In this document: piece by piece, positions 9,049 through 9,732 of the stretch
How the letters are laid out: the number at the start of each line of letters is the position of its first letter
Numbering within the stretch: the stretch's first letter is position 1
Source of the DNA: Azolla caroliniana
Lineage: Eukaryota > Plantae > Polypodiophyta
Direction of reading: 5' to 3'
Length of the DNA stretch: 9,732 nucleotides
Assembly: GCA_043228905.1 (NCBI GenBank)
Contig: JBHGNT010001337.1
Coordinates: forward strand, 1 to 9,732
Position numbers and translations under genes: made by a program
Notes under the pieces: model-generated
What the model was told of the DNA's origin: nothing
Database searches by the model: none
The model's input: the letters and a program-made list of their open reading frames with translations, nothing else

Positions 9049-9157
9049 CTGAAACCAAAGTTCAAATATTTGAGTATTCTTATCAATTGAATGACATGTA
9101 TTTAACTAATAAAACATAAAATTTCGTAAACCATCCTTATGATTTTCCCACAAAAAA

Positions 9158-9212
9158 CTAGCTAAACAAATAGCTAATTAGTTGTGGCCATTTTAGTAGT
9201 TAATTAGCTATA
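9158..9212. repeat. Short outlying cluster of the TAGCTAATTAGCTA motif
   Basis: CTAGCTAAA, TAGCTAATTAGTT and TAGTAGTTAATTAGCTA within 55 bp; same motif as the 5600-6945 array. Confidence 0.75.
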
Positions 9213-9234
9213 ATAGTGTTTCCACTCGTATGCT

Positions 9235-9650
9235 TTTACCCTTATAGCTTTTTCATAATAGGTATCTTTGTCTAGAACACATACTCCCATGTTCTTATCA
9301 GCCAGAACAATAATTTGGTTGTTGTTTTTCCTAAGGCTCTTAAGGGTTGTGCGAAGGTGAAATGGTGTCCTAACAAGTTTGGGTTTAGGTTGTTGGAGTT
9401 TAGACAAAAGGAGGGTTTCATGTTTTCTAATAATATTTTCAAGAGGGGGATATTGAGATGGTGGATTCCAGTTAGGATTTGGTAGTTTAAATGGATTAAG
9501 GGGGGGTGAGTCCATGTCTTTAAAGAAATGTTTTAAACGTAAACATCTACTTTTCTCGTATTCTATTACTATTGGATTTTTTTTGCATTCTATTACAATT
9601 GGATTTTTTCTGCCGTGGGCGGAAGGGGAAAGATGTATTTGTCGTAATTC
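9235..9650 (-). mobile_element. Penelope-like element (PLE) reverse transcriptase N-terminal fragment, truncated before the RT core
   Basis: The frame of ORF 9204-9515 extends upstream to give RCLRLKHFF...NPFKLPNPNWNPP...LKSLRKNNNQIIVLADKNMGVCVLDKDTY. This matches the ordered PLE N-terminal motifs RxLRLKxFF, WxPP and LxxL....IIxxADK(G/N)xxxVxD...Y. A KYIFP upstream in another frame may be the GLxFxP-equivalent. The upstream boundary is uncertain. Confidence 0.75.
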
Positions 9651-9732
9651 CGTGCTCGGCCACCACCGAGGAACAGGATCGATTCACAGAAAACGGGAAG
9701 TACAAGAATGCACGAAAAACAATAGAGAGAAG

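Noticed and set aside
7782-9090. Plus-strand ORFs 7782-8033, 7819-8040 and 8905-9090 as the continuation of the second transposase
   Set aside because: They are antisense to the minus-strand gene or candidate exon and contain no transposase motifs.
9655-9670. Hairpin CTCGG-CCACCA-CCGAG as a Helitron end or ribozyme
   Set aside because: Only a 5-bp stem, with no CTRR terminus and no hammerhead core nearby.

Overview
AT-rich eukaryotic DNA made almost entirely of decayed transposon sequence. A plant origin (probably a moss) is inferred from the copia RT, GT-AG introns, telo-boxes and C>T-type stops; it cannot be confirmed here. From left to right: (1) a truncated Ty1/copia RT fragment (1-~400); (2) a Mutator-like terminal repeat ending in TTTTCCC at 525; (3) an intronless, pseudogenised DDD transposase of Sola1 type (954-3699, ~910 aa reconstructed, 8 stops, 3 frameshifts) with an N-terminal 13-aa repeat and a C-terminal BAH/Tudor-like module; (4) an 84/89-bp array with 257-bp higher-order structure (~4066-4660); (5) the first exon of a second, Sola2-like transposase (4803-5560); (6) a ~1.35-kb satellite built on the palindrome TAGCTAATTAGCTA; (7) a phase-consistent 4-exon minus-strand gene for a ~400-aa protein with a C-terminal RING-H2-like finger (8714-6987); (8) an N-terminal fragment of a Penelope-like retroelement RT (~9235-9650). 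The most interesting hypothesis is a large multi-gene DNA transposon unit in which a RING accessory gene is flanked by palindromic motif arrays. Family assignments come from recalled motifs, not database searches.
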